Source of the DNA: Bugula neritina
Taxonomy: Eukaryota; Animalia; Bryozoa
Reading direction: 5' to 3'
DNA: 64,000 bases
NCBI GenBank assembly: GCA_964035545.1
Contig: OZ037765.1
Coordinates: 1,550,001 to 1,614,000 of the forward strand
Both the position numbers and the translations under genes were made by a program. Below, piece after piece: positions 40,744-52,532 of the stretch (position 1 is the first letter of the stretch; every line of letters begins with the position of its first letter). Under the pieces are notes generated by a model. The model saw only the letters and a list, made by a program, of their open reading frames with translations, ran no database searches and was not told where the DNA came from.

Positions 40744-41237
40744 ATGAAACAAACAAACAAACAAACTTTCAGTAACTACTGATTACTTATTACTGGTAGT
40801 AATACTTAGACTTAGAGTTAGTCTATTTCATAGTCATATTCATATTGATTAGATTTATTCTTAGTCTTATTCTTAAATTCAAATTTAATAAGTTACACTT
40901 GGACTTACACTTACAGTTGCTGATCAATTCATCAAACTCATCAAAAAATAGTCCTTGAAGGCAGAAGTAAAATCAGAATGGCTCTTATAACTTATAAGAG
41001 TTGGGCTTAGACTTTAGACTTTAGAGTAAGACTAAGGAGTAAGGTATAATCATAATGATTTTAATGAAGAAATGATTGTATTTTTATTTTTATTAAGACT
41101 TCAAGTTCAACTAAAACAAAAATTAGTAATTATATCAATCTAACTATTAACCATAGGCTTACCGCATTTGACTGTGCTGGTGCAGAAAGATTTTGAGTTT
41201 CATTCAAATTTTCTTTTTCTGCAATATCTTCTTCCAT
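25183..41237 (-). CDS. SGO1: Shugoshin (centromeric cohesion protector), multi-exon; span given
   Basis: Exon 1 is 41237-41163 ([10 protein letters not shown]...) and exon 2 is 39625-39532. Exon 3 (39038-38899) encodes the N-terminal coiled coil [22 protein letters not shown]. The C-terminal SGO motif [16 protein letters not shown]|KLRRGDP is split over exons at ~26366-26318 and ~25273-25183 (human SGO1 from memory: VNYKEPTLASKLRRGDP). The middle is low-complexity exons, including the ORF at 30416-31228. The last exon could splice further at an internal GTAATG. SGO1 versus SGO2 orthology is not resolvable. Confidence 0.88.
33877..33987. repeat. 28-bp minisatellite, 4 copies, intronic
   Basis: Unit attatacgatcccacattatacagtat(a). 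Confidence 0.9.
36304..36662. mobile_element. MITE with ~36-bp terminal inverted repeats (PIF/Harbinger-like), in a shugoshin intron
   Basis: Left end AGGCCTGGCCATATACTCGTGAAAATCACACGAAAT versus right-end reverse complement AGGCTTGGCCTCATGCTCGTGAGAATCACACGAAAT. Flanks are TAA / CAA (imperfect 3-bp TSD). The superfamily is inferred. Confidence 0.75.
36943..37395 (-). repeat. 44-bp minisatellite, ~10 copies, spanning a shugoshin exon donor
   Basis: Minus-strand unit GACCACAGGCTATCTAGTG|GTAACTCTCACTCTATAGTATATTA. The first copy is the end of a coding exon (DHRLSS). Confidence 0.95.
37508..38040. repeat. 9-bp (TATACAGAG)n satellite with an internal inversion, intronic
   Basis: Seen directly. 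It explains the LCILCI/YTLYTL tails of ORFs 37481-38266 and 37686-38069. Confidence 0.95.
38797..38888. repeat. Degenerate 10-bp tandem repeat next to a shugoshin donor
   Basis: gcaggtagtg-like units. Confidence 0.8.
40652..40741. repeat. (TA)n microsatellite
   Basis: Seen directly. Confidence 0.98.
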
Positions 41238-41434
41238 GACTTAGACTAAGAGTAAGACAAGTTAACTACCTGGAAAATTTTCGCAACGATGGTAATTTTG
41301 TGAAAAAAAATTGTGAAACAATAAACTGGTATATAATATGGTTATTATACTCAGTTATTAGTCATTATTAATATTAATTTACTAATTAGTTCTACGCATA
41401 TTGATAGTCATACTCGTACTGATACTGAGCGAGG

Positions 41435-41485
41435 ACAGTTTTCAAATTGGAGGAGCCGCACAAAATAGTATGGCGATTGGTTAGT
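41435..41485 (-). promoter_or_regulatory. Putative shugoshin/RPP25L divergent promoter core: CHR-like TTTGAA plus two CCAAT boxes
   Basis: Plus-strand TTCAAA at 41441-41446 and ATTGG at 41446-41450 and 41476-41480, ~200 bp upstream of the shugoshin ATG. Confidence 0.4.
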
Positions 41486-42238
41486 TGAATTATGTTTTAA
41501 CAAATAGTCAACTCTTTAACATAAAAGCAAGCTTTTAAGTGTAATCGCTGTCGTTACTCTTTCATTTTTAAACCAATTTCTTGAAAAGTTGCTCGCAACT
41601 TGTTTGCAATGACAAAGTGAAAGTAGTAATCGATTTGACTGTATAGATATTACCAAACTTAAAATGGTAAATTCAGAGTCATACACATTATTTATTTCAA
41701 TAGAAATTTTTTGCAGGTCATAGTGACAGTAATATTTCATAGTAAAGGTCATGCTGATGCTTAGACTTGTGCTAATACTAAGTCTAATACTAATAGTAAT
41801 AGTAATACTAATAGTAATAGTTAATACTTATACTTATAGTTATAGTATTACTATTACTATGTCTATTACATTTACTATTACTATTAGTTATAGTTTAAGT
41901 TATATTTTAATTTATAATTTAAACTTAAACCAATGGTAATAGCAATAACTATAAGTTGGAAGTTATAAATCAAATCATGATTTTTACCATGAAAATATTG
42001 TTGTGCTATTAACTAAACTCTAAAGGCTTATGTTCATTCATTTCAGTGTTCTCCGCATAGGGCTAGGCTTTTAATTTTAATAATCATAAGAATGCAATAA
42101 TGCTTTAGAATTGAATACAAAGTTTTCAATTTAAATTTACTTTTAGTTTTATTCATGAAGTTAACTTAAATGATACAAAATTCTTAATATACAATTACTA
42201 TCATTTTATTATTTCCAGGTAACTCTTCAACTGTAGCT

Positions 42239-44144
42239 ATGGAGCATTATCAAAGAGGTGAGGTAGTAACAAGAGAACTACATTTACTAAGTGATATCAA
42301 GTTAGAAGAGAATGTCATACATATGAAAGTGCAAGGCCACAGTCGTATGCACAGTCTACTCAGCTTTGCTATGAATAAAATCAATGTGAGTCATGATTCT
42401 GAAGACAATTTACTGGATGAATACATTTTTATCATATCACACGCATAAATTGTACGAAACTAGTTAGTAGTGATTGTAGCTTTGTCAATGTGAATATTAA
42501 ATAGATTTGTCTTCTCTGTTATAAATTTATATCCGTTTGTTTTCACATACCCATAATCCTAGTGGCACTGGCGTACGTACCATTAGCATTACCATTAGCA
42601 TTACTACCGTTTAATCTTTAACACAGCATACCAGGCTGATACCTTAGTACTCGTTAGTTCTAAGTTTAGCTGAGAGAGGTTTTAGATTCTGCTTAGATCG
42701 TGATGTAAACACTCTCTGTTTATTTTTCTAGCAAGCTGAAATCAGTCAGATTGTCTGGCACGGGGAGGGATTGGCTTTGAGTAAAGCAATGAACTGTGCT
42801 GATATAATGAAGCGAAAGTGTAAGGTGAATCATCTATGTCTTGCTGGTAATGTTTGTTTTTATTTTAATTTTGCTTGTTTTTAAAACTTATTAAATCATT
42901 TATTTCTGGCATTTTATTGGCTGTTTTATATGTGTATGTCATATTTTTGTGTTTATAGAATTTATGCATGCTCACAAGAAAAGGGGTTAAAAGGTTGGTC
43001 TTTCGATTCAGTTTTGAACAAGTCAATTAGTTGTCTGTAACAAAATAATGTGATAATAATAGTATATTAAATCAATTTTTTATGATAAATATAGTAACAG
43101 TATTAATAACAATAATGATAATATTAGCTATAATAATTCCATTGATCTATTCACCCGCTTGCTCTTCCCTCGTTCACATTTTTGCATAATTTTATTTTTA
43201 TAAATTGTCATTCAAAATTTGCTTAAAAGAGATTTTCAAAATTAATAATCACTTGATATTAAAATGCCTTAATCTTGAATTTTGTTGTTTATAGGATAGA
43301 AGAATATTGGGAGCCAATAGAAAGTGAGAGTGGTCTAGACAGGTATGTTGGAGTTGTCTTTACTTCTAGGATGCTTCAAAAATATTTTCAAAACCAATTT
43401 TCATGCAATATTAGAATGTTCTATTCTAAAGTTCAACTGGTGCTAGTAGTATCAGCATCTAGTTGACATGTAGATATGTTGTAATGTAGATGTGTTGTAA
43501 TGTAGATGTGTTGAAATGTAGATGTGTTGTAATGTAGATAAAATATGTTGAAGTGTAGATACGTTGAAATGTAGATGTGTTGAAATGTAGATGTGCTGAA
43601 ATTTAGATATGTTGTAATGTAGATACAATATGTTGAAATGTAGATGTGTTGAAATGTAGATATGTTGAAATGTAGATTACGAGTAAACAGAGACACGGAT
43701 GCCGTCTGCGTTCTCCTCTCTAAACTCCCGTTGGATGCCTTCAAACAGGAAGAAGGGTGAGGCTACGAAACTTCTTCTGCTAATTGGTTTCATAGTGAGG
43801 CTAGAATTAACTCTGATACTACTAGATGTTTTCTGCAGCATCAGCTGTTTGTTACACTTTCTCTGGAATGCCAACCGATGTTATTCGTAACAAAACTTTA
43901 GTTTTATAGTTGCAAATTGTCACTTTTTTGTAGATGGTTTTTGTTTTGTTCCAAGAGACGATTTCAGGATATATTTAATCTAATGCCTATTTCCTATTGC
44001 AGATATTTAGGAGTTGAAGACACGCCCACTAACAAGTCGGTTCCTAAGGCTAAGCCATCGAATCAATCTGCTTCGAATGGAAGGAAAACTCCTGCAAACA
44101 AACCTAGGTTCCATTCACACAAAGCAAAACAGAAACCTTTGTAG
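42239..44144 (+). CDS. RPP25L: Alba-domain protein, ribonuclease P/MRP subunit p25-like (6 coding exons)
   Basis: Exons at 42239-42385, 42732-~42824, ~42959-42993, ~43294-43342, ~43676-43756 and ~44003-44144. They give MEHYQRG...HMKVQGHSRMHSLLSFAM...QIVWHGEGLALSKAMNCADIMKRK...IEEYWEP..SGLDRLRVNRDTDAVCVLLSKLPLD, matching the RPP25/RPP25L pattern. Confidence 0.88.
43450..43678 (+). repeat. 15-bp minisatellite, ~15 copies, ending at and including an RPP25L acceptor
   Basis: Unit AATGTAG|ATGTGTTG. The last AATGTAG|AT is the in-frame acceptor. Confidence 0.9.
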
Positions 44145-44956
44145 TCGGTAGGGAGTTTAGGGAATTACTATAAAATTGTATTATTCTTTGTATGTTTATG
44201 TTTTTAATACACAATAGAATAATTCCTGCTGCATTTCGTTCGCATGCAATATTTGTTATTTTTGTATTTTAACTTTATCCTGCAAGTGGTATGCAATGCA
44301 ATTATATATGTATGCTAATCACACTGGTGTAAATATTATGTTTTGTATTTTAAGGTAATACTTATTTCATAGGAATACATAATGAATTGGTTAAATGAAT
44401 TGAAATGGTTCTTATTCCTAGTGTTGCTGATGATAAAATACACAATTTTTGTGGAGTTTGATGTTACAACTAAAAATTGTAAACTGCCATCCAAGTGTTT
44501 CCATGCTGAGGTTAACAAGTGGGCAGATAACTCTAATAGCCATTACGGTTCATATTTTGTAACAGTGAAGTATTTCCATATAGAGATGAAAGCTGCTAAA
44601 AAGTTCTGAATACATCCAATCAATTAATTGTGCAGTGTAGTGGTTTAACTAATGGAAATGAATCAAGTTTTTATTTTGAATTTTCTATTTCTGATGAAAA
44701 GCATATATAAATATAAAAAATAAAGCCAATAGGTTCAAAAGTTTGATCAGCAAACTGCCTAGCAAAAGTTGCACTTGTAGGCAAATTAATTTAATTTAGA
44801 AAAAATATTACAGAAATAAAAAAAGAAATTGGAAGATATATAGTCCAAGAAACTGTATTTGCAAGTAAAAGAAACATACCCAGTGTGTCCACTAACTTTT
44901 ACATGCTTCAACAGACTATAAAAACGTACATAATGAGATATTGGCTGTTCATTGTA

Positions 44957-47900
44957 TCAGCAGGCACTCCTTTCAATGTTGGACATCAATTTCTCGTCAT
45001 CAATAGTGTATCTAAAGCAAATATAAACATTGAATCCCAGATGTTGGCCTGAAGTACGTAAATAATAAAATCATGCCGTGACATAGCTTCATGGTTATGA
45101 TCAGCTTTTCAACACCGTTCTGTGAAGATAGTTGTACTATTAGGTAAATAAGAGTTCACATTATAGAAAAAATTCAAATCCACCTATGCACTCAATAAAC
45201 CTCCCTCTCTAGAGAGATATTTATATGATAATCATTTAGTGCCATAAAATCATTAAAAGGACAATTTGCTTTCTAAAACATAGATTGGCCATTTTCTCCA
45301 AAGCAAAGTGCAATAGAATTACCAAGATTCATCAAATATTACAAAAACCTCAGTTATTGGAACTTTGGTTACTAATTTGGCAGCATATTACTCAGTAGAA
45401 AAGCAACATAAAGACCTTTACATTAAATAAGTTTACAATGAAAACAGTCTGAATGTAAAAGTTATGGGCCAAAATCTGCCAGGAAGTTGTTGAAGTGCAT
45501 ACAGAGTCATCACACCAACCTTTATGAAAGTAATTTTTAATTTAAAACAAATAGATATAACATTTAAACAAATTATTTACGGATACCTATGTTGTTATAT
45601 AATTAACTGTCATGTTCAGTTTTTCAGCATAAACTATCTGATATAATGTTGACTGACCTAGTTTAGGTGACCTAGTTTAGGTGACCTAGTTTAGGTGACT
45701 GTATTTCTATAAGTGTTTAAATAACTTTTGCCTATATGATGTGTAACTGGAAACAATGAACTACTCCAAAGTATAGCTAAGCAATCAGGGGCAATAGAAC
45801 TGCATCTGTCTTTTTCTTTAGAGCAGCAGGTAATTAGACTAAGCATTAATTGTTATTCACTGCACATCTAGACATTTAAATTGCTCAAATTGTGCTTATA
45901 CTGGGCCATATATTTTCTTTTTCCTATTGAAATATGAAATGCGTGGGCGAGATGTTTCCCATAATTCAGTGTTTGTCACTTGGGAGTAATCATGAATATT
46001 TATTAGCTTAGCTAGAAAAGCTAGTTTAAATCAGACAGCTTCATAATGTATGAACGAAAAATATTAATTATAGGATTTAAATATAGAACCATTTCATATA
46101 ATATTTTGTTGAAAAGGAGATAAGTTTCTAATTATTCAATTTAATAATATACTCTGCTTGAAAATATTTTGACTACATCTTTTATTTACTTTTTCTTTAT
46201 ATTATTAAGTAATTGAATGGCCAACCAGCAAGAAACACAAAATACACCCATATGTAGGACATTATCCCCTACCCCCTCCCTCTTGTCCAGCAGTTAAAGA
46301 CAGATGGGGACTACATTTGCTGCTGCCTGAGATATCATAACATTATGTTGGTTTAAATTACACCAACTTATGTAGACTTATACTCTTATTACTAAGAGGA
46401 GTGGGAAGGGGAGGGGGTTGTTATCGAACCCCATAGAGGTATTTCATAAGATATAAGAACAAACCTGTATGAGTTGACCAGAGTAGACAAGTCTCCGTTG
46501 TACTGCTGGTTGTATTTCTCAGTCATTGCTGCACCAGAATTAGTTTTCTACACAAAGTAAATAAAATCATTCATATAGTAATTATAGTTATAGTTATAGC
46601 TCGTATATTCTATTTTATAAAAGTGATATAAACGCATGAGTAGCCATAGTTTAGTGGTAGCACACTGGCCTAGTGTGGGCTAATCATGGCCCCTCCCTCC
46701 AGGGTTTGATACCTAACAAGGTCATTAGTGATACCAGGAAAAGCACCCAATCAAAATTACTCTTGTTTCACAAGAAAAACAAGTCCTTAGCCTGCACTTA
46801 AAAACCTTTCTACCAGGGCTTTCACAGGGGTGGAAGCTTTATAAAGCAAAGAAGAGCTTCAAAACAATACAGACACAGTTTGCGTATTGTTGTGGCTTAT
46901 TTTATACTCATCACCAATGAATAGACAGTTTAACAAGCTTTCTTTGTTATATTTGATATGCAGATTTTAATTGATTTTCTATTAAAATTATACTTTTCCT
47001 ATTTTCTACTTTATGGAAGAATGAAAAGTATCTCTACTAAATTTAATTGATAGAGTTTTGGGCATGGAAATATTGTGTACATGTTTTACAAAGAGTGCCG
47101 TTGATATTGTGTATGACGTAACACTGCACTGGCAAGTGCTATTGATTATTATATTATTATAAATTAACCCATCAATATCTCTAACTTTCATTGTTCAAAC
47201 TCAAAGTCAAAAAGGAGACTGATCAATTTTTTCTAAAGTTATAAATTTGTAATCTAGTTTTGTTATATTAAATCACATCATAATAGTTTAAATGTTTGAG
47301 ATGCTAAATCTGTTTTCCTCCAGTCATTCTGATCATCTTTAATCAACCAGTTATTATCAATAGCAAATATTAAAAAAAGTTAATCAACTGAATGGAAGAT
47401 GCATTCAAGGATGTAATTATCTTTCTATAACAGTTGGTAATAAGAAAGCAATTATTTGTCTATCAGCTTGTTTTTTAGTCTAATTCACAATAATATGATT
47501 CTTAGTCTAATTCACAAGGGAATACAACATCAATACTTGTAAACTATAATACTATTATCAGTTCTTAGTGCAGATAAAAAGCTACTTAGAAATGCAGACG
47601 TAGAACAACTTAAAAGTGCAGACGTATGTAGACGTTAAAGTATGAAGCCACAGATTTATAAGAATTAGGTCAACTCTGTCCTTAATACTAGATATTAAAT
47701 ACTGAATATAATGGACTATGTTATCTATTCTCTCACCTATCACCCTTTGTCCTGTTTGGGTAGCGGTATAATAATATACTATAATATAATATTATAATAA
47801 TAAATATTGAACATAATAGTTTACTATAAAGTTAAAAATTAACTATTACCTTGTTAGCAGCTTTGAATTTTTCCATATCAAATCCATCTATGTTTTTATT

Positions 47901-50378
47901 TACCTGAAATATCCAAGAATTTAGTCAGTTAAGAAAACAAACAAAATAGTAAAACGGAGGTAAACACACCAGGGTTATGGGAGATACACGGCGCTGAGAT
48001 GGCCTCAGAACTTGTATATATCTTCTCTGTGGGCCAGTATAGTAAACCCCCAAAGAATGCTGGCAAACTGTTATAAATAACATTCTTAGTTTCACTCCAC
48101 AGCATAACCCAGAACAACAACTATATATATAATTTGTCGACCACCAACTGATAAATAATATAACATGTTATAGACAGTTTTTATTATATAGATAACCTTT
48201 GTAGATAACCTTTGAACATAACCTTCACATCACTAGATATAGTAATAACTATAGCTTTAATGTGATATGTGTAATATACTATTTCAATATATAATAGTCA
48301 ATATATTAATATAATAAAATGACAAAATGTACCATATCAACATAATATAATATAATAACATAATACAATATAACAAAATATCTTATTATAATAATAAAAT
48401 GTATTATATAATTTATCAAAACATATCATATATTACATTGAAATATTATAATGTAGTACAATACCCTAATATTATAATAATATATATACACAATACGTAT
48501 AATATTTTCAAGTCGAAGCAAAGCATAATTTATGTGTGTATTTTCTCTTAATATATCGTAGAGTTCACAGAGTTACTCTTGAATAGCTAATATTATATTT
48601 TAAGGCAGCATGCCTCAGGTATGTGACTTGCTCTTCATGGGATATAATATTTAATCAATTATTAATCAATCTATCCTCGATGCTCCAGAGAAATTAGATG
48701 ACACGATGAACAGAATATACTTGTGGGAGTAAATAGAGAATACATACGTCTTTACAAACGTGGTTTAATACTCCTATAATATATTGAACGATAGCGTTCA
48801 ATAAATGTTCACAAATAGTTAGCTATTTATAATCCTCTCAGCGCCCCGGGTTTTAGCTCCCACTTCAGTGCATAGTGTGGAAAAGCATTAAAAGTTGCTT
48901 CTTTTGACAGCATGTAGAAAATAAGCTTTTATAATTTCAACCTGCCAAGGAAAGGGTAATAGCTAGGGCTAAGTTTCTATATCTTATACTGGATATAATT
49001 ATATTTGATCTAGTGGTGCTAAATTTCAAGTAGAAAAATCTACATTTATACATATCTTGATACTTTTAAGCTATATAAATGTCGTTTAAATAATTTAGAA
49101 ATTTATTTAGTGTAAATTGTGCTTCATGACCTATTACAGATAAAATCATTCTTTTTGAAACTGAAATTGAAGGAAAAATCAAAAGAAAAGAAATTTTAAA
49201 CTGTGCACACTTTCTCACCTGTATGTTCCACTCATTGGGGTCTCTATCAAGCACTTTGGCCGGCCGTTCAGTTTCGCTGTTATACACGTTGTTTTGGCGG
49301 GAGTCCAGTGACTTCACTGAAATGGATTTATGTTTCGGGGCCAACTGATGCTGGTGCTGGTTTAGTATGAGATCTTCTATTTCATTCTGGCTTAAGCACC
49401 TTAGTCTTTCATCACTGTCAGGGACGGGTGGGTCAGGCAGATGCTCCAACTTTCCGAGTGGTTTACTATCTATAATAGGAGCTTTACCAATATCTGGTAG
49501 TTTGTAGTTATTACTAAGTCTGGCTGGATTTGATGCATTGTGGACAGGTTCCGACCTTGAAGTAGTGACTGCTGCCTCTAGTTCTTCTTGTTTGTTGCCA
49601 AAATTTGTCACAGCGGTTGTGGATCTGAGGCTAAAGCTGTCTTCGCTGGAGAACAGAGGTCTGGTAGAATTCCCATCTGTAGTACTGGAGCAGTTTGCTA
49701 AAACATTTAAAAGTGTAAGAAGATATGTTGCAAGTAGCTTAGTAATGGTTTTACTAAATAAAAAATAGTGGGGCTTCTTTTTGTCACTAACCACAATATG
49801 TCTCTGTAGCGTTGAGGGTATTCAGTAGCTCCTGACCTCTGCGGTTTATTGGTTTCAGGTTCGAATTCTATTGGGGGCAAGAGTTTTATAGAATCCTAGC
49901 TAGAAACCTAAGGCTACTATTGCACATAACTATTTATAGCTCTAGTTAAAAGTGGACGGTCATGACTTTGAATAAAATTGCTTAAATAATAACAACCTGT
50001 AATATTTTTAATATTTTTGAATAATAATTATGGCAGAAAATATGTTATCAGAAATGTGTTGCGTGAAAACGTTTTATATATGAAGCCCTTGCAATTCTAG
50101 GATATCTAATTTTTACTTTTGAATATCTAGATAAAAAATAGAAGACTGTATTTAATTAGTGTTGAATTTTTTTTGCATATAATGAGTATAAAACCAGAAT
50201 AAAATAACAAACCATCGTTTGTTTCAGCAGCATTTTCCACCATATCCATGTCTTCTGCACTCTCATTCTGATTATCACCTCCTTCTGCATCATCTGAGTT
50301 ATGAGTCATGTCACATGCAGACGGTTGAATTTCCTTTTCAATTTTAACATCTGCCTCCACAGACGATGTAGAACCCAT
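44957..50378 (-). CDS. Uncharacterised 278-aa protein with predicted N-myristoylation signal (5 coding exons)
   Basis: Exons 50378-50213, 49697-49219, 47903-47850, 46547-46465 and 45011-44957 join in frame (837 nt) with GT-AG junctions. The protein starts MGSTSS and ends YTIDDEKLMSNIERSAC*. Confidence 0.7.
45654..45700. repeat. 14-bp tandem repeat, 3 copies
   Basis: tgacctagtttagg x3. Confidence 0.85.
46638..46835 (+). mobile_element. tRNA-derived SINE, diverged relative of the 12421 copy
   Basis: A-box-like TAGTTTAGTGG and degenerate B-box GGTTTGATACC. Shares the body ATTAGTGATACCAGGAAAAGCACCCAATCAAAATTACTCTTGT...AAGTCCTTAGCC...AAAAACCTTTCTACCAGGG. Confidence 0.7.
49800..49890 (+). mobile_element. 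Possible tRNA-derived SINE head (different family)
   Basis: TAGCGTTGAGGG A-box-like and GGTTCGAATTC B-box. No full cloverleaf. Confidence 0.4.
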
Positions 50379-51407
50379 TTTTGGCGTCTTTACCTACAAG
50401 TTCATATCTTTGTACTTACACAGACTAGAGCTGTACCACTGTTCTTACCTATCAACTAGATCGTTTTTGCCTACAGCTTCGCTCAGTTGGCAACCAGCTG
50501 TAAGAATGCATTCAACAAACTAATGTGATTGATCTTTCTGAATTATATTTACATCATCACTTAATAGGTCTATGTACTCCCTATTGCTTTCACTTCAGAG
50601 TAATATTGATTGGTCGCTTGAGAATATTGAAAATCTCTAGTTCTGTGAATAGACATTATTATACATTTCATCAAATAAGTGATCTGTAATCATTAATATA
50701 TACAGTTCTACACAGTACATAATATGTATACAATTATTATAATACAATTACATTTCTCCTCTGTAACATGCAAGTCATTCCCATCAAGGCTTTGGGTTAA
50801 TCATTGTTCATATAAAGTTACTGAAATAAAATAATTAAACCAATGACCTTCTAATAGTGTTGCTGCAATGGTAGTAACTGTAATTATTAAAAATAGTGCT
50901 CCAGGTTGGGAATTCAACCTCACCCAAAACATTCTGACACTTTCTGAGGTAGATACCTTTATGACAGGTAAATACCTACACTTACTCTTAAAGCATCTCT
51001 ACTCAAAAATTTATTTAACAAATTATATTAAGAAATTTATTATTTTATTAAATATGTAACATTATTATTCTGCAAGATTACATTATCACAACTGATGAGG
51101 CTACCACTCTACACAGGAAGTAGAACTGCAGCCAATATGCATTAGCTGAACTCAAAATCGAAGAGGAGACAAGCCCATCAAAAATTACAAAGTTTGTAAA
51201 ATATTTCATATTTTTATGGTGTAAATACAGTCGGAAACCGATTAACTCTGAATAAAGGATTTTACAAGAAGATATTATATATTTTGTAGAAGCTGAATAC
51301 AATTGGAAACCAACTGTATTTATTTAAAAAGATTTTACAATTAAATAGATGCTGAATGTACTACTATGGAGTAGATTCAATACATTAAAAACTAAGGATA
51401 TGAAAGC

Positions 51408-52213
51408 CAGTATTGATACCTGCTAGATGAGTCAGTATTGACACCGGCTAGATGAGTCAGTAATGACACCAGCTAGATGAGTCAGTATTGACACCTGCTA
51501 GATGAGTCAGTATTGACACCTGCTAGATGAGTCAGTATTGACACCAGCTAGATGAGTCAGTATTAACACCTGCTAGATGAGTCAGTATTGACACCTGCTA
51601 GATGAGACAGTATTGACACCAGCTAGATGAGTCAGTATTGACACCTGCTAGATGAGACAGTATTGACACCAGCTAGATGAGTCAGTATTGACACCTGCTA
51701 GATGAGTCAGTATTGACACCTGCTAGATGAGTCAGTATTGACACCTGCTAGATGAGTCAGTATTGACACCTGCTAGATGAGTCAGTATTGACACCGGCTA
51801 GATGAGTCAGTAATGACACCAGCTAGATGAGTCAGTATTGACACCTGCTAGATGAGTCAGTATTGACACCTGCTAGATGAGTCAGTATTGACACCAGCTA
51901 GATGAGTCAGTATTGACACCTGCTAGATGAGACAGTATTGACACCAGCTAGATGAGTCAGTATTGACACCTGCTAGATGAGTCAGTATTGACACCTGCTA
52001 GATGAGTCAGTATTGACACCTGCTAGATGAGTCAGTATTGACACCTGCTAGATGAGTCAGTATTGACACCGGCTAGATGAGTCAGTAATGACACCAGCTA
52101 GATGAGTCAGTATTGACACCTGCTAGATGAGTCAGTATTGACACCTGCTAGATGAGTCAGTATTGACACCAGCTAGATGAGTCAGTATTGACACCTGCTA
52201 GATGAGTCAGTAT
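51408..52213. repeat. 25-bp minisatellite, ~32 copies, most containing TGAGTCA
   Basis: Unit TGCTAGATGAGTCAGTATTGACACC, with recurring variant blocks. Confidence 0.97.
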
Positions 52214-52532
52214 GAGAAAGAAATTTCTGTACTTGGTGAAAAATTTTCAAGAAAAGGTGAAGTTATGGCCTCAAGTGTAAATATAAAGAAGATTTCGCTA
52301 GCAAATTAAAAATCCCAAATAGCAGTTACATACCTAAATCATAGTCTTAATTTGCTTTCTTTAAAAAATGTAAAGCTTAAAATATGTTTATTTTTTGATT
52401 AAAAAAATAGAAACTTATAACACCAGAGTATAAATGAAAAATATTGAAAGAACTACTATATGCTAAAGTTAGATTACACAAAACTTAAAATAGACTAAAA
52501 ACATAGTAGAAAACTGGAAATAGATGTGGTGT

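Noticed and set aside
51408-52213. CRISPR-like array
   Set aside because: Head-to-tail units with no unique spacers, eukaryotic context and no cas genes. The same applies to all other arrays here.
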